Part shown: positions 37,143 through 47,976 of the stretch, one piece after another
How the letters are laid out: the number at the start of each line of letters is the position of its first letter
How positions within the stretch are numbered: position 1 is the first letter of the stretch
Source: Polyangiales bacterium
GTDB taxonomy: Bacteria; Myxococcota_A; Polyangia; Polyangiales; Polyangiaceae
Reading direction: 5' to 3'
NCBI GenBank assembly: GCA_038230375.1
Contig: JBBRNJ010000033.1
Location: 1 to 64,000, forward strand
DNA length: 64,000 nucleotides
The notes under the pieces: model-generated
Seen by the model: the letters and a program-made list of their open reading frames with translations, nothing else
The model's database searches: none
Told to the model about the DNA's origin: nothing
Position numbers and translations under genes: made by a program

Positions 37143-38672
37143 CTATTTGAGCCCGAAGAAATCCTGGATGCTCTGCAGGATGTGGGCTTGCTCCTTTTTC
37201 TCGCGCGCCTTGCGCGCCTCGTCATCGAGACCGTCACGGATCGCGATCAGCTCCACGCGACGCTCGGCGAGCCGCTGGCTCATCTCGGTCGCGATGTTTG
37301 GTCGCTTCGAAATGATCGCCTTGAAGCCAGGCTTGTCCAGCCGGTAGCAGTCGATGTCGGTCTTGGCGACGACGTCGGCGAACCTCGGCTCACCCGTCAT
37401 CAACCCCATTTCACCGAAGAAGTTAGGACCGGAGAGCGTGGCCACCAGCTTGGCCTCCGTGGCCCCGTCGATCTTCGTGCGAACCTCGACGTCGCCGGAC
37501 TCCAGGATGTAGAGCCAGTGCGCGACGGCGCCTTGCCGCGTCACCACCTCGCCCGCGGTGAACGGCGCGTACCGGATGTGGCGCGTGAGCGTGTCCTTCT
37601 CCTCTGGTGTCAGGGAATCGAAGAGGCTCATGCAGTTCAGCGCCCCCAGCTCCTGCTGCCGATGCCGGTGCTCCCGGAGATCAAGCTCGCCCGCGTTGTC
37701 CGGATTGATGAAGAGCGATTGCGTGGGCCTTGCGAGCGGGATGTCCGCGCGGCGCAGCGCGGCGTGAATGCGCGCGCGCACCAGCGAGCTCGTGGGGTCG
37801 TCCACTGCAAGATCAGTCAGCCAGTAGCGCACGGCGTACAGACCGAAGCTGTCCTTGCCGTCGCGAGCGAGATCCATGCAGATGACGCTCGGCCCAGGGT
37901 CCTTCGCGACGCGCTCTATGGGTGCCCCCACGAGCGCGTCCGAGACCACCTTCACGACCCGCGACGGCGGGTACCGAAAATCGACCTGAAAATAGACCCA
38001 CATGCGCTGCGGAACGGGCTCGCCCCCGCGCTTGCCGAGGATCGTGATGTTCTGCGCGAGCAGCTGCGCATTGGGCACGATGATGGTCGACCAGTCGCGC
38101 GTCTCCACCACCGTGTGGCGCCAGCGGATGTCCTTCACGCGGCCTTGCTTGCCGTTCTCCAGCTGGATCCAGTCGCCAACGTGCACGGAGCCGTCGAGCT
38201 GGATGGCGACGCCGCCCAGGATGTTGCCCAGCGTCGCCTGCAGCGAGAGCGCGAGGACGCCGGATACCACCGCGCTCGTGGTGACCACGTCGGACGCACG
38301 CATGCCGCCTTGATGGAGCGCAGAGAGCGCGACGATGATGTACGCGGCACCAACGACGAGATCCGTGAGGATCGCGGAGACCGTGAGCTTTGCGCGCGGC
38401 AGCACCGTGTCGAAGAGCAGCGTGACGACCAGGTTGACGATCGTGAACTCTTCGAACAGGTGCGCTGCGATCGAAAAGCGGCCCTGCCAGCTCGCTACGC
38501 CGCCTTCAGCGCACGCAAACACACCTGCCACGGAGGCCGCATAGAGCACGTACAGGATGACGATGCGACGGAGGCGCTTCCGCGCGATCGGCGCAAGTCG
38601 ATTCACGGCAAACGCCGTGAGAACGACGGCCCCGAAGAGGGCCGGCACCATCCAGTACCAGTACTTTTCCAT
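37143..38672 (-). CDS. MscS-family channel with C-terminal cyclic-nucleotide-binding domain (bCNG-like)
   Basis: LSLQATLGNILGG, VGDWI, IRWRHT, IIVPN; cNMP cassette GNFFGEMGL..GEPRFADV. Confidence 0.9.
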   Translation of the reverse strand: MEKYWYWMVPALFGAVVLTAFAVNRLAPIARKRLRRIVILYVLYAASVAGVFACAEGGVASWQGRFSIAAHLFEEFTIVNLVVTLLFDTVLPRAKLTVSAILTDLVVGAAYIIVALSALHQGGMRASDVVTTSAVVSGVLALSLQATLGNILGGVAIQLDGSVHVGDWIQLENGKQGRVKDIRWRHTVVETRDWSTIIVPNAQLLAQNITILGKRGGEPVPQRMWVYFQVDFRYPPSRVVKVVSDALVGAPIERVAKDPGPSVICMDLARDGKDSFGLYAVRYWLTDLAVDDPTSSLVRARIHAALRRADIPLARPTQSLFINPDNAGELDLREHRHRQQELGALNCMSLFDSLTPEEKDTLTRHIRYAPFTAGEVVTRQGAVAHWLYILESGDVEVRTKIDGATEAKLVATLSGPNFFGEMGLMTGEPRFADVVAKTDIDCYRLDKPGFKAIISKRPNIATEMSQRLAERRVELIAIRDGLDDEARKAREKKEQAHILQSIQDFFGLK

Positions 38673-38702
38673 CAGCGGTGTCGGGTTCTCTCCGGCAAGA
38701 GA

Positions 38703-41576
38703 TCAGCCGAACGCCTCGTCCAGGAGGCGCGACTGTTCGAGCTTGTGGCTCGCATGGCTACCCGTTGCGGGAGTCGCAGCAGCGGCGCGGCAGACGGCGG
38801 TCACCGGGAGCCGTGAGCCGATGGTGCTGGCGAGGTTCGCGTGGAGGAAGTACCACGCGCCCATGTTTCGTGGCTCTTCCTGGACCCAGTAGAGCGGCGT
38901 TCCTTCCGGATAGACGGCGAGCGCGCTCTTCAGCGCCTCACCGATCGGATACAGTTGCTCGAGCCGAACGATGGCGACGTCGGTGCGGCTGGTCTGCGTG
39001 CGGCGCTCGAGCAGATCGTAATAGAGCTTCCCCGAGCAGAGCAGCACGCGCTTCGTGTCCTTCGGCGCAACGTCGGCGTCCGGGATGACGCGCTGGAAGC
39101 CACCGTGCGTGAGGTCGTTCACCGTGGACTTGGCGAGCGGATGGCGGAGAAGGCTCTTCGGTGTGAAGACGACGAGCGGCTTGCGCCACGGTCGCAGCAC
39201 CTGGCGACGCAGCACATGGAAGAACTGCGCGGGGGTCGTGACGTTCACGACCTGGATGTTGTCCTGCGCGCTCATCGAGAGGAAGCGCTCGATTCGCGCG
39301 CTGGAGTGCTCGGGTCCCTGACCCTCGTAGCCATGCGGCAAGAGCAGCACCAGGCCCGAAAGGCGGAGCCACTTCTCCTCTGCGGAGACGATGAACTGGT
39401 CGATGATCACCTGCGCGCCGTTCGCAAAGTCGCCGAACTGCGCCTCCCAGATGACGAGGCCATCCGGCCAGTCAAGGCTGTAGCCGTACTCGAACCCGAG
39501 CACACCGGCCTCCGAAAGCGGTGAGTCGAACACCTCGAACACGCCTGGTTGCAGCGTCTTCAGCGGCGTGAATGGCGCGCCCGTCTCGGTGTCGAAGAGC
39601 ACAGCGTGGCGGTGCGTGAACGTGCCGCGTCCTGCATCCTGGCCGGAGAGCCGAATGCGCGCGCCCTCCATGGCGAGCGTCGCGAACGCGAGGTGTTCGC
39701 CCGTACCCCAGTCGAACGGCTTGTCGGCGAAGACGGCCTCGTGCCGAGCCTGGAGCACGGCGCGGACCTTGGCGTGTGCATGGAAGCCCTCGGGGATATG
39801 CGAGATGCCCTCGGCCGCCTTCTTCAAGGTGGCCAGATCCACGGCGGTGTTCGCCTCGGGGACCAGGTTGTCGGGACCGCCGTAGTACGATGTCCATACG
39901 CCCTCCATCGCGGAGGGGCGCGTCATGTAGTCGCCCTTGCCCTCCTGCTCGAGCGCGGCGGCGAGCGCGGCGCGGCGATCCGTTTCCATCTTATCCGCGG
40001 CCTCGCGCGTGACCTGACCGCTTGCGACGAGCTTGTCGACGTAGACCTCGCGCACGGTCGGCTTCGCGTCGATCAGGCGATACATGAGCGGCTGGGTGAA
40101 GCGCGGCTCGTCGCCTTCGTTGTGGCCGTACCGCCGGTAGCAGTACATGTCGATGATGACGTCCTTCTTGAACTTCTGACGGAACTCCATCGCAAGGCGC
40201 GCGAGCTGGATCACGGCCTCCGGGTCCTCACCGTTCACATGGAACACGGGGACCTTCATCATGCGCGTGATGTCCGTGCAGTAGCGCGTGGAGCGCGAGT
40301 CCGACGGGTTCGTCGTGAAGCCGATCTGGTTGTTCACGACAAGGTGGATGGTGCCCTCGGTGGAGTAGCCGGGAAGGCCGGCCATGTTCAGCGTCTCCGG
40401 CACGATGCCCTGGCCGATGAACGCCGCGTCTCCGTGGATGAGGAGCGGCATGACGCCATCGCGCTTCTTGCGATCTTGCTTTGCGCGGACGCGGCCCTCG
40501 GCGACCGGGTTCACGAACTCCAGGTGGCTCGGGTTGAAGCAGAGCGACAGGTGCACGGTGGCGCCGCACGACGTGACGCGGTTGTTGGAGTAGCCAAGGT
40601 GGTACTTCACGTCGCCACCGCCGAGGAAGCGCTCGGGGTTGCGATCCTTGAACGCCGCGAACAGCTCCAGAACCGGCTTCTCCATCACGTTCGCGAGGAT
40701 GTTCAGGCGGCCGCGGTGGGCCATCGCGATCACGATCTCCTCGATGCCGTGCGTGCCGGCCGCATCGATGAGGAGATCGAGCATCGCGATCATGCTCTCC
40801 GCGCCCTCGGCGCTGAAGCGCTTCGCGCCCTGGAAATTCTTGTGGAGGAACTTCTCGAAGATCTCGGCGTCCGTGAGGCGAAGCAGCACGCGCAGGATCT
40901 CCGCGCGATTGAGCTCGCAGCGGTTGCGCGTGCTCTCCATCTGCCGCTGCAGCCACTCGCGCTCTTCCGGATCTTCGATGTGCGTGAACTCCACGCCGAT
41001 CGACTTGCAGTACGTCTCCGACAGGTGCTCCACGATCTGGCGGAGCGTTGCGCGCTCGGGTAGGCCGGACACGCCAACGGTCGGGAACGCGGAGTCCAGG
41101 TCCGCTTCCGTCAGGCCAAAGTTCTGGAGCTCGAGCTCGGGCGCGGCGTCCGGCGGCTGGCCGAGCGGATCCAGGTTCGCGAACAGGTGACCGCGCACGC
41201 GGTAGGCATTCACGAGCTGGTAGACGCGACCTTGCATGGCCGCGAGAGCCAGGAGCTCCTTGCGGTCCGCCGGGATCGCAGCGCTCGGCGCCTCGTCGAT
41301 GACGACTGTCGCTCGCGTGCGCGCGCCGCCGGCATCTCCGTTCGGCTCAGCGTCGTGGAGCTCCGTGCCGTTGACGCGTGCGCCGTTCGCGGGGTGACCG
41401 TTGCTGCCCACTGCCGGATTCGCGCCAGTGCCGCCGTTGGTGTTGCCGTTCCCATCACCGTGCGAGAGGCCGTCGAAGAACGTGCGCCACTCCTCGGCTA
41501 CGGCCTCGCGGCTCTGCGTGTAGCGCGCGTGAAGGTCTTCCACCAACCCAGCGTTGATCCCGAACTCTTCGAACAT
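38703..41576 (-). CDS. sucA: 2-oxoglutarate dehydrogenase E1 component
   Basis: AYRVRGH, AHRGRLN, GDVKYHLG, NPSHLE, HGDAAF.GQG, NNQIGFTT, GHNEGDEP, WEAQFGDFANGAQ, PHGYEGQGPEHSSARIERFL. Confidence 0.97.
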   Translation of the reverse strand: MFEEFGINAGLVEDLHARYTQSREAVAEEWRTFFDGLSHGDGNGNTNGGTGANPAVGSNGHPANGARVNGTELHDAEPNGDAGGARTRATVVIDEAPSAAIPADRKELLALAAMQGRVYQLVNAYRVRGHLFANLDPLGQPPDAAPELELQNFGLTEADLDSAFPTVGVSGLPERATLRQIVEHLSETYCKSIGVEFTHIEDPEEREWLQRQMESTRNRCELNRAEILRVLLRLTDAEIFEKFLHKNFQGAKRFSAEGAESMIAMLDLLIDAAGTHGIEEIVIAMAHRGRLNILANVMEKPVLELFAAFKDRNPERFLGGGDVKYHLGYSNNRVTSCGATVHLSLCFNPSHLEFVNPVAEGRVRAKQDRKKRDGVMPLLIHGDAAFIGQGIVPETLNMAGLPGYSTEGTIHLVVNNQIGFTTNPSDSRSTRYCTDITRMMKVPVFHVNGEDPEAVIQLARLAMEFRQKFKKDVIIDMYCYRRYGHNEGDEPRFTQPLMYRLIDAKPTVREVYVDKLVASGQVTREAADKMETDRRAALAAALEQEGKGDYMTRPSAMEGVWTSYYGGPDNLVPEANTAVDLATLKKAAEGISHIPEGFHAHAKVRAVLQARHEAVFADKPFDWGTGEHLAFATLAMEGARIRLSGQDAGRGTFTHRHAVLFDTETGAPFTPLKTLQPGVFEVFDSPLSEAGVLGFEYGYSLDWPDGLVIWEAQFGDFANGAQVIIDQFIVSAEEKWLRLSGLVLLLPHGYEGQGPEHSSARIERFLSMSAQDNIQVVNVTTPAQFFHVLRRQVLRPWRKPLVVFTPKSLLRHPLAKSTVNDLTHGGFQRVIPDADVAPKDTKRVLLCSGKLYYDLLERRTQTSRTDVAIVRLEQLYPIGEALKSALAVYPEGTPLYWVQEEPRNMGAWYFLHANLASTIGSRLPVTAVCRAAAATPATGSHASHKLEQSRLLDEAFG

Positions 41577-41727
41577 CGTCAGGCATCTCCTCGGACAACG
41601 GAGCTCACACTCACGGAAGGACCTAAGGGCATCCCGTCGCATGGGCGAGGCCTCGCGCCCAAAAGGACGCCGCGAGGGTCCACCTATCGACGCGACATGG
41701 ATACCACGAACGCCGCCGATCCAGGCC

Positions 41728-43176
41728 CTATTTGGGTAGCTTTCCGCGGGCTTCCTCGTTCCGCTGAGCTCGCTCGGCCCTCCCGCTCACCTCACCCCGC
41801 GCGCCTGTATCGCCTCCGCTCGCCTCGGGACGTGGGCTGGGTGCGCTTGGTAGTGGTGAGGCCCGCCCCGACATGAGCCCGCGTCCGGGATCGAGCCAGG
41901 CGGAGAGGTCCACGCTGGGAGACATGGCGACCAGGATCGCGTCCACGGTGATCGCCGAGACCACCGTGCCGGCGGCCGCGACATGTACGCCTTCGGCGTC
42001 CCGCCACAGCAAGACACGCATGGCCTGCGTCGCGGCGGTCTGCGAGCCGGGCTCGGAGTCCAACGGATCGGGTAGCTGACCACGTGGAGAGGTCTCGAGC
42101 GGCGGCAGTAGCTCCTTCGCCTTTGCCGCGAGCATCCGAGGCTGCGAGTGCTCGTTCGTGATGCTGTCGAGCTCCGCGCGGCTCAATGACTGTGTGGCCT
42201 GTGCGTCCCACTCGTCGGTGACCGAGCCGCGTCCCGCGCGCCCCTCGTTCGTCCGCGACTTGCGGCTCTTCTTCTTTGCTCGTCCCTCCTCGGCCGTGGG
42301 CAGGGACATGGCCATGCTGCTCAGGGCTGCGGCCATCGAGTCGTGCTCGCTCGTGCGACCCAGCTCGTCGGCCGTGTTGGGAGCGTCGCGCTCGCGGTGG
42401 TCGTGATCCTCGTCCGCATGCGTGCCTGCGTCCTCGCGCGTTGACGGATCGGGTCCGCGTGGGTCTTCATCGAGCGGCGCGTCGGCCTGGGTCTTCCGCG
42501 CTTCCTCCCGCTTCGCTGCGGCGGCACGCTCGTGGTTCACGCGTGCCTCCTGGTGCGCTGCGGCGGTGCGCGCCTCGCGGGCTTCGTGATCCAGGTTGGC
42601 GCTCGAGCGGCGTCGCTTGGTCTCGATCTTCGGGCTGAGCACGCCCTTGGTTGATGACAGCGTCCGGTCCGGCCCACGTGCTGCCTGCAGCGGGCGCGGC
42701 GATTTGTCCGTGGGGCTCGCAGCCGTTGCCGGCGGAGCTGCCGAGGCCGGTCGACCCGGCATCACCGACGGCGACACTCCACGCGGCGGCACGACCGACG
42801 GGGGCGGTACGCTTCGCGTGGTCACGGGGGCGGGACTGACGGGAATGACGGAGCCCGCGCCCGGGGGCGGCGCACGGGATGAAGGCGAGTTCTGGCCCGG
42901 ATGGGGAAGCTGCGGCCGTCCCGACGATGACGACGGATCTGGTTGCGACATGCGCACGATCATCGACGCGAGATCCGCCGCCGCCTTCGCAAGCTCCAGA
43001 GCGCGATCGTCGGCCTCGGCCTCACTCGCGGCCTCTGCGCCACGACGGATCCACTTGATGGCTTCCGCGTGATCACCACGACCCCACATCGCCTCGGCCG
43101 TCGACAGCGCCCAGGAGACGTCCTCCGGATCGTTCGGCTTCGGCGTGGGGATGGAAGGAAGCTTGAAACTCTCCAC
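41728..43176 (-). CDS. Hypothetical protein: helical N-terminal domain, long disordered Pro/charged linker, small C-terminal beta domain
   Basis: DPEDVSWALSTAEAMW...ELAKAAADL N-terminus; low-complexity middle. Confidence 0.65.
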   Translation of the reverse strand: MESFKLPSIPTPKPNDPEDVSWALSTAEAMWGRGDHAEAIKWIRRGAEAASEAEADDRALELAKAAADLASMIVRMSQPDPSSSSGRPQLPHPGQNSPSSRAPPPGAGSVIPVSPAPVTTRSVPPPSVVPPRGVSPSVMPGRPASAAPPATAASPTDKSPRPLQAARGPDRTLSSTKGVLSPKIETKRRRSSANLDHEAREARTAAAHQEARVNHERAAAAKREEARKTQADAPLDEDPRGPDPSTREDAGTHADEDHDHRERDAPNTADELGRTSEHDSMAAALSSMAMSLPTAEEGRAKKKSRKSRTNEGRAGRGSVTDEWDAQATQSLSRAELDSITNEHSQPRMLAAKAKELLPPLETSPRGQLPDPLDSEPGSQTAATQAMRVLLWRDAEGVHVAAAGTVVSAITVDAILVAMSPSVDLSAWLDPGRGLMSGRASPLPSAPSPRPEASGGDTGARGEVSGRAERAQRNEEARGKLPK

Positions 43177-43263
43177 GCGTCCGGGCTCCTCGCGAGACTC
43201 CTCTCAGGAGACACGGGAGAACGGACAAACGCAAGCCTTTCAGCGGAAATACGCGGGAAGGCG

Positions 43264-43725
43264 TCAGTAGTAGAGCGCGCAGTGCACGATCTCGAAGCGT
43301 GCGCTGACCTGCCTGTGTTCTCGCTCTGGTCCATCCGTGAGGGTGATGCGATAGAGCCCGGGCGGAAGCGGCGTCCCGCGCTCGTCCTGCATTCGAACGG
43401 TCACGAAGGGATCACTGTACACAGCCGGCGTCGGTACGGGATGCGCGACTGAGTTGCCATCCACGTCCGTGATGGTGAGGCCGAACGTACCGTCGTCCGC
43501 GGCCTCATGGACGAAGCCGGACGACCAGAACGAGAGGACGGCAGGGGCGCCGTTCGTCTGTCCGATCCGCGTGGCGCGGAGCGCGATGGTGAGGGGACCA
43601 GAGGACGCGGATGCGGGCAGGTCGTCGCGCTTTTCGCCGAACGACGGGCAACGCTGTCCGCAGCCGGACAGTGAGCCGAGCGCCGCAAGAAGCAGCGGCC
43701 ATGTCGCCATCGAGCGCCGCGCCAT
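43264..43725 (-). CDS. Lipoprotein of unknown function
   Basis: Lipobox LSGC; abuts the plsC stop. Confidence 0.65.
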   Translation of the reverse strand: MARRSMATWPLLLAALGSLSGCGQRCPSFGEKRDDLPASASSGPLTIALRATRIGQTNGAPAVLSFWSSGFVHEAADDGTFGLTITDVDGNSVAHPVPTPAVYSDPFVTVRMQDERGTPLPPGLYRITLTDGPEREHRQVSARFEIVHCALYY

Positions 43726-44505
43726 TCAGTCTCCAAGGTGGCGACGCGCCGTGGCGACGAGCTCAGCGACCTCCGCCTGAGCGCGCTTCGTCAACGTCGC
43801 CGCGGTCGCATCGGCGAGGAAGGGAGAACCGACCGCGAGCACGACCCGGGTGGGCCTGGGCGCAGCGCTCATCCTCGAGAGATGTGCCAGGAACGTCTCG
43901 CCGAAGAACTGCGCGCCCGAGCCCTTCTCGTACGCCACCCCGAACGGCAGCACTTCGCAGCCGGCAGCGCGCGCAGCAACGAATGCGCCGCGGTGGAACG
44001 GGCGGATCTCGTCGCCCATGAACGTGGTGCCTTCGGGAAAGACGTTCACAGTCTCCCCGCGTTCGAGCTCGGACTGCATGGTCCGGATCGCTGCGACGCC
44101 GCTCTGCGCGCTCTTGCGATCGACGAAGATGGTGCCCACGGAGCGCGCTGCCGGACCCACGACCGGCCATCGGGCGATGTCGGCGCGCGAGACCATCTTG
44201 CCGCCCACCACATTGAGCAGGATACCGATGTCGATCGCCGACCTGTGGTTCGACACGACGAGCCGCCCGAGCTCCGCGCCAGCGTCGTTACGCCCATGTG
44301 CGGGGACGGTGCCTACGACCTCGAGGCGGATCGAGAAGAGCGAGAGCAAGAGCGAGCTCCAGCGACTGACCCATCGATCGCGCGTATCCGTGTCCCCTGC
44401 GCCGAGTATGTGCGTGTGGAGGTAGAACGGCGGCAGCATGGCCGCTGTGAGGCCGACGAAGCCCGACGCGCGCGCGACCTTCCGGAGCGTTCCGCGGACC
44501 TCCAT
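43726..44505 (-). CDS. plsC: 1-acyl-sn-glycerol-3-phosphate acyltransferase family protein
   Basis: NHRSAID, IFVDR, FPEGT motifs. Confidence 0.88.
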   Translation of the reverse strand: MEVRGTLRKVARASGFVGLTAAMLPPFYLHTHILGAGDTDTRDRWVSRWSSLLLSLFSIRLEVVGTVPAHGRNDAGAELGRLVVSNHRSAIDIGILLNVVGGKMVSRADIARWPVVGPAARSVGTIFVDRKSAQSGVAAIRTMQSELERGETVNVFPEGTTFMGDEIRPFHRGAFVAARAAGCEVLPFGVAYEKGSGAQFFGETFLAHLSRMSAAPRPTRVVLAVGSPFLADATAATLTKRAQAEVAELVATARRHLGD

Positions 44506-45614
44506 CAGAGGAGCCTCCGGAACACGAGCGCAAGCCGCTCTGTCGCGCGTGTGAGCAGGCCGCGCTCCGAGAAGTGGGTGAGGTCGATCCTGCGCGCGAT
44601 CTTCGCGTCCGCGTCGAACGAGTGCTCGCGCACGTAGGTGGCGAAGGTAGCGTCCTCCACGGCGACGTTGAGCTCGAGGTTCTTGCGCAGCGAGCGCTCG
44701 TCCAGGTTGTAGCTACCGATGGTCACCCATGCGTCGTCGATGATGGCGGTCTTCTGATGCATCATGGGGCCCGGCAGAGCGTAGATCTCCACACCACGCC
44801 GGAGAAGCCGCTCGAGGAGCCCGTTCTGCGCGTATCGCAGGAGCGGAATGTCGGACCGTTCCGGCACCATGATGCGCACGCGGACGTCGTGCCTTCTTGC
44901 GGCCAGGAGCGCGCGCATGACGATGAAGTCGGGCACGAAGTAGGGGTTCGCGATGTCCACGCTCTTCTCGGCGCGCCGGATGCGACGAACGTAGGCGCGG
45001 TGGATGCGGTGCCTGCGATTTCGGCTCGACAGCACGGAGACGCGACGGGTGGGTTGCCTGGGGATGGGAGACAGACCGGGCGGGTTGCGCTCGCGCGTCA
45101 GCCGGTGCCAGGTGCCATAGAAGAACGTGCGCAGCTCGGCCGCTGTCTGTCCGACCACCTCGATCATGTCATCGCGCCAGCCTTCACCGCCGGCCTCGAT
45201 CGGGGCCCATTGCTTCGCCAGGTTCACGCCGCCGGTGATCGCACGCTCGCCGTCCACCACGAGGAGCTTGCGGTGATCGCGCACCTCCACCACGCCCAGC
45301 GTCCAAGGAGAGATGGTGTTGTACTCGCGCACGAGGCCACCGCGCGCAAGGAGCGGGGCGAAGAACGGCAAGCCGATCGCGAGGCTGCCCACAGCGTCGA
45401 AGACCACGCGCACCATGACGCCGCGGGTTGCCGCGTCCGTCAGCGCACCGACGAAAGCGTGCCCCACGATGTCATCGCCGATCCAGTACATCTCGAGCAG
45501 GATCTCGTGCTGCGCGGAAGCGATCGCCGCGAGCATGGCGACGAGCGATTGCTTGCCATCGAGCAACAAGCGGACCTGCTCGTCGTCGACCATGAAGTAA
45601 CGCGGCTCTTCCAT
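44505..45614 (-). CDS. clsB: Cardiolipin synthase (ClsB-type, two PLD HKD motifs, no N-terminal TM)
   Basis: RDHRKLLVVDG...TGGVN, WRD, NPYFVP, HQKTAIIDD...GSYNLDERS...NLE. Confidence 0.85.
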   Translation of the reverse strand: MEEPRYFMVDDEQVRLLLDGKQSLVAMLAAIASAQHEILLEMYWIGDDIVGHAFVGALTDAATRGVMVRVVFDAVGSLAIGLPFFAPLLARGGLVREYNTISPWTLGVVEVRDHRKLLVVDGERAITGGVNLAKQWAPIEAGGEGWRDDMIEVVGQTAAELRTFFYGTWHRLTRERNPPGLSPIPRQPTRRVSVLSSRNRRHRIHRAYVRRIRRAEKSVDIANPYFVPDFIVMRALLAARRHDVRVRIMVPERSDIPLLRYAQNGLLERLLRRGVEIYALPGPMMHQKTAIIDDAWVTIGSYNLDERSLRKNLELNVAVEDATFATYVREHSFDADAKIARRIDLTHFSERGLLTRATERLALVFRRLL

Positions 45615-45615
45615 G

Positions 45616-47976
45616 TCAGCGGTCCCGTCTCGAGCGCAGCGCGACGATCACCAGCCGCGAATCAGCCCACATCTTGGCCCCCATGCCTCGCATTGCCTCT
45701 GGGGTCTCGGGTGGCTCTGGGTCTCGGTCGCGGAACAACGTCAGCACGCGCTGGCGAGGCTCCTTTGCGCGAGCGAACCTCTCGTCCTTGCGTCGCGCGA
45801 AGGCCTGCGCGGCCTGCTCGTCCGTGAGGGCGCCCTGCGCGAAGCGCGCGAACAGTGATCGCGCCTGTGCGACCGCCGCGTCCAGCGCCCCGTCGGCGGT
45901 GACGATGCGAACCACGACGGCAGAGGCGCGCGGTGACCCGAGGAGGCGCGCGCTAGTCTCTCTCGCGAGCCCGCCGCCCATCGCCTTCGCGAGCAGACCG
46001 TCGGGACCGGAGAGAAGGGCGACCCAGGCCTCTGCAAGCGGGTAGCTCTGCGCGTCTGGTACCTGCACGGAGAGGAAGACCTCGGACGGTCCAGGCGTCG
46101 CGCGCGGCGCCGAGTAGGTGCCTGGATGCTCCGACTCCGGAGGCGCGAGCGGCTCGCATGTGCGTGTCTCGCCGCGCGAAGGAAGCCATCGATCCGCGGC
46201 GCGTCCTGCGGCGCGTGTCTGCTCGTCGTTGTCGTTCGCGAGCACGGCGAGGCGCACGGGGCCTCGGCGCAGCGCGGACACCTTGGTGCTCAGCGCAACG
46301 TCGGAGGCTCTTCCGAGCGCGTCTGGTGCGCCTGTCGGCACGAGCCACGACAGGTGCCCCGGGCTCACCTCGGACGCGAGCTCGGCCAGCGCGCGCGTCT
46401 CGTCGCCTTCGGAAGCGGCGTATGCACCACGCAGAGCGCGCTCTGCACGCTCGCGCGACATCGGCTCGCCAAGGAACGGGCGCGCCGCCACGTCCACGAG
46501 GCGACGGGCGTGCACGAGCGGCGGCTCCCCCGGAAGTGGCGCGCCGTGAACAAGCAGCCCGACGGCATCCGGTGTGGCGATGGGCTCCACGAAGACACCA
46601 GGCACACCATCAGGCGCGAGCGCAGACACCGCCGCGAAGGTCACGCCAGCGTCCGTGTTGGACTCGAGCATGGTGCCGCAGGGTGAGCCCAGGAAGAGCC
46701 ACAGCTCGCCCTGACCGTGCTCCACCTTGCCGCGCACCTCCACGACGGCCGTCTTCTGCGCCTTGCGTGCAAGGGCGAGGGCTGCCTCGAGCTCGTCGGC
46801 CGCGATCGTCTGACCGCGCGCGCTCGGGACCGCGACCCGCGCGAACGCAAGCGTCGGCTCCGGGCTTTCGCGGGAGAGCGACAGCCAGGCAGCAGCTTCA
46901 GCCGCGACGCCCACGTCCGACAGCCTGCGCACCGCGCGGTCGTCCGGCTTTGCGGCGAAGCCCGAGCCGACAACGAGATCAATCTCCTCTTCCGCGACTG
47001 TGATGCCCCTGGCCACGAGCTGCTCGGGCGTGCGACCCAGCTCCGAGAACGCGAGATCGATCGCGAGGCAGCCGCCCACGATGTTCGCCGTGGCGGTGAT
47101 GTCGCGCACGCGAACTCCGCCGTCGAGCGCTGCGATACGAGCCGCGAGCGGCGAGCTCTCCAGACGTTCCACCACGGCGAGCGCCTCGAGCGACGAGCCG
47201 AACTGCCGGGCGATCACGGCGTGGGTATCCCTGGCGGTGCTCTCTGCCTCGAACACGGCGAACGGCGCGATCGCAGCGCGCGCACCCGTGGGCGCGCTCG
47301 GATCTGCAGAGAGCGCTCGTGCGTGCGCGAGCGCATCGGTCAGTGCGACGATGGACGGCCGCGAACCGACCACGGCAAGCGCGACGCGCGCACGCACGTG
47401 GCTTCGCGCGCGGAGTGACTCCAGCGCCTCGAGGTCGACGTCCTTGTCACGCGCGGCTGCACGAGGAGCACCCAGGCACCGCGCCACCGGCTCCTCCGCG
47501 ACGGATACGAGCGGCAGTGCGAGCACCGCGGCGGTCTTCGTGCGCGCTGCCGGCATGTCGTCCGGGCCGATGGGCGTCCCGAGCGCCGCGAAGGTCGCCG
47601 TGACGAACGCGCGCGCTCCATCGGGCGATGTCACGGTGGCGCGCACGCGATACCCCTCCGCGCCAGCGCTCGCCGTTGCGTCGGAGATCCCCATCGCGCG
47701 CAGTCGCCGCTCCATCACGCCGGACAACGCGGCGGCCCCGAGCACGGCCGCGTCGCCTCTGGCCGCCACCGCCACCGCGAGCGCCACACCACCCGCGGGA
47801 TCACCGTCACGCTCCACCGACGTGAGCGGCACGCCGCTCGGGGACATCTCGTGCCCGGACACACCAGATGCGGAGGTGGCATTCCGCGCGTCCTTCGCCG
47901 GCCCGCATGCCAGCAAAGCTGTCGCCACCACAAGAATGAGCGGGGCGCGGGGCGTTGGCTTGCGAGAGGCCTTCAC
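45616..47976 (-). CDS. Large lipoprotein, degenerate M16 peptidase-like fold
   Basis: GTG start overlapping upstream stop, lipobox LLAC, two repeated halves resembling M16; no HxxEH. Confidence 0.6.
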   Translation of the reverse strand: MKASRKPTPRAPLILVVATALLACGPAKDARNATSASGVSGHEMSPSGVPLTSVERDGDPAGGVALAVAVAARGDAAVLGAAALSGVMERRLRAMGISDATASAGAEGYRVRATVTSPDGARAFVTATFAALGTPIGPDDMPAARTKTAAVLALPLVSVAEEPVARCLGAPRAAARDKDVDLEALESLRARSHVRARVALAVVGSRPSIVALTDALAHARALSADPSAPTGARAAIAPFAVFEAESTARDTHAVIARQFGSSLEALAVVERLESSPLAARIAALDGGVRVRDITATANIVGGCLAIDLAFSELGRTPEQLVARGITVAEEEIDLVVGSGFAAKPDDRAVRRLSDVGVAAEAAAWLSLSRESPEPTLAFARVAVPSARGQTIAADELEAALALARKAQKTAVVEVRGKVEHGQGELWLFLGSPCGTMLESNTDAGVTFAAVSALAPDGVPGVFVEPIATPDAVGLLVHGAPLPGEPPLVHARRLVDVAARPFLGEPMSRERAERALRGAYAASEGDETRALAELASEVSPGHLSWLVPTGAPDALGRASDVALSTKVSALRRGPVRLAVLANDNDEQTRAAGRAADRWLPSRGETRTCEPLAPPESEHPGTYSAPRATPGPSEVFLSVQVPDAQSYPLAEAWVALLSGPDGLLAKAMGGGLARETSARLLGSPRASAVVVRIVTADGALDAAVAQARSLFARFAQGALTDEQAAQAFARRKDERFARAKEPRQRVLTLFRDRDPEPPETPEAMRGMGAKMWADSRLVIVALRSRRDR

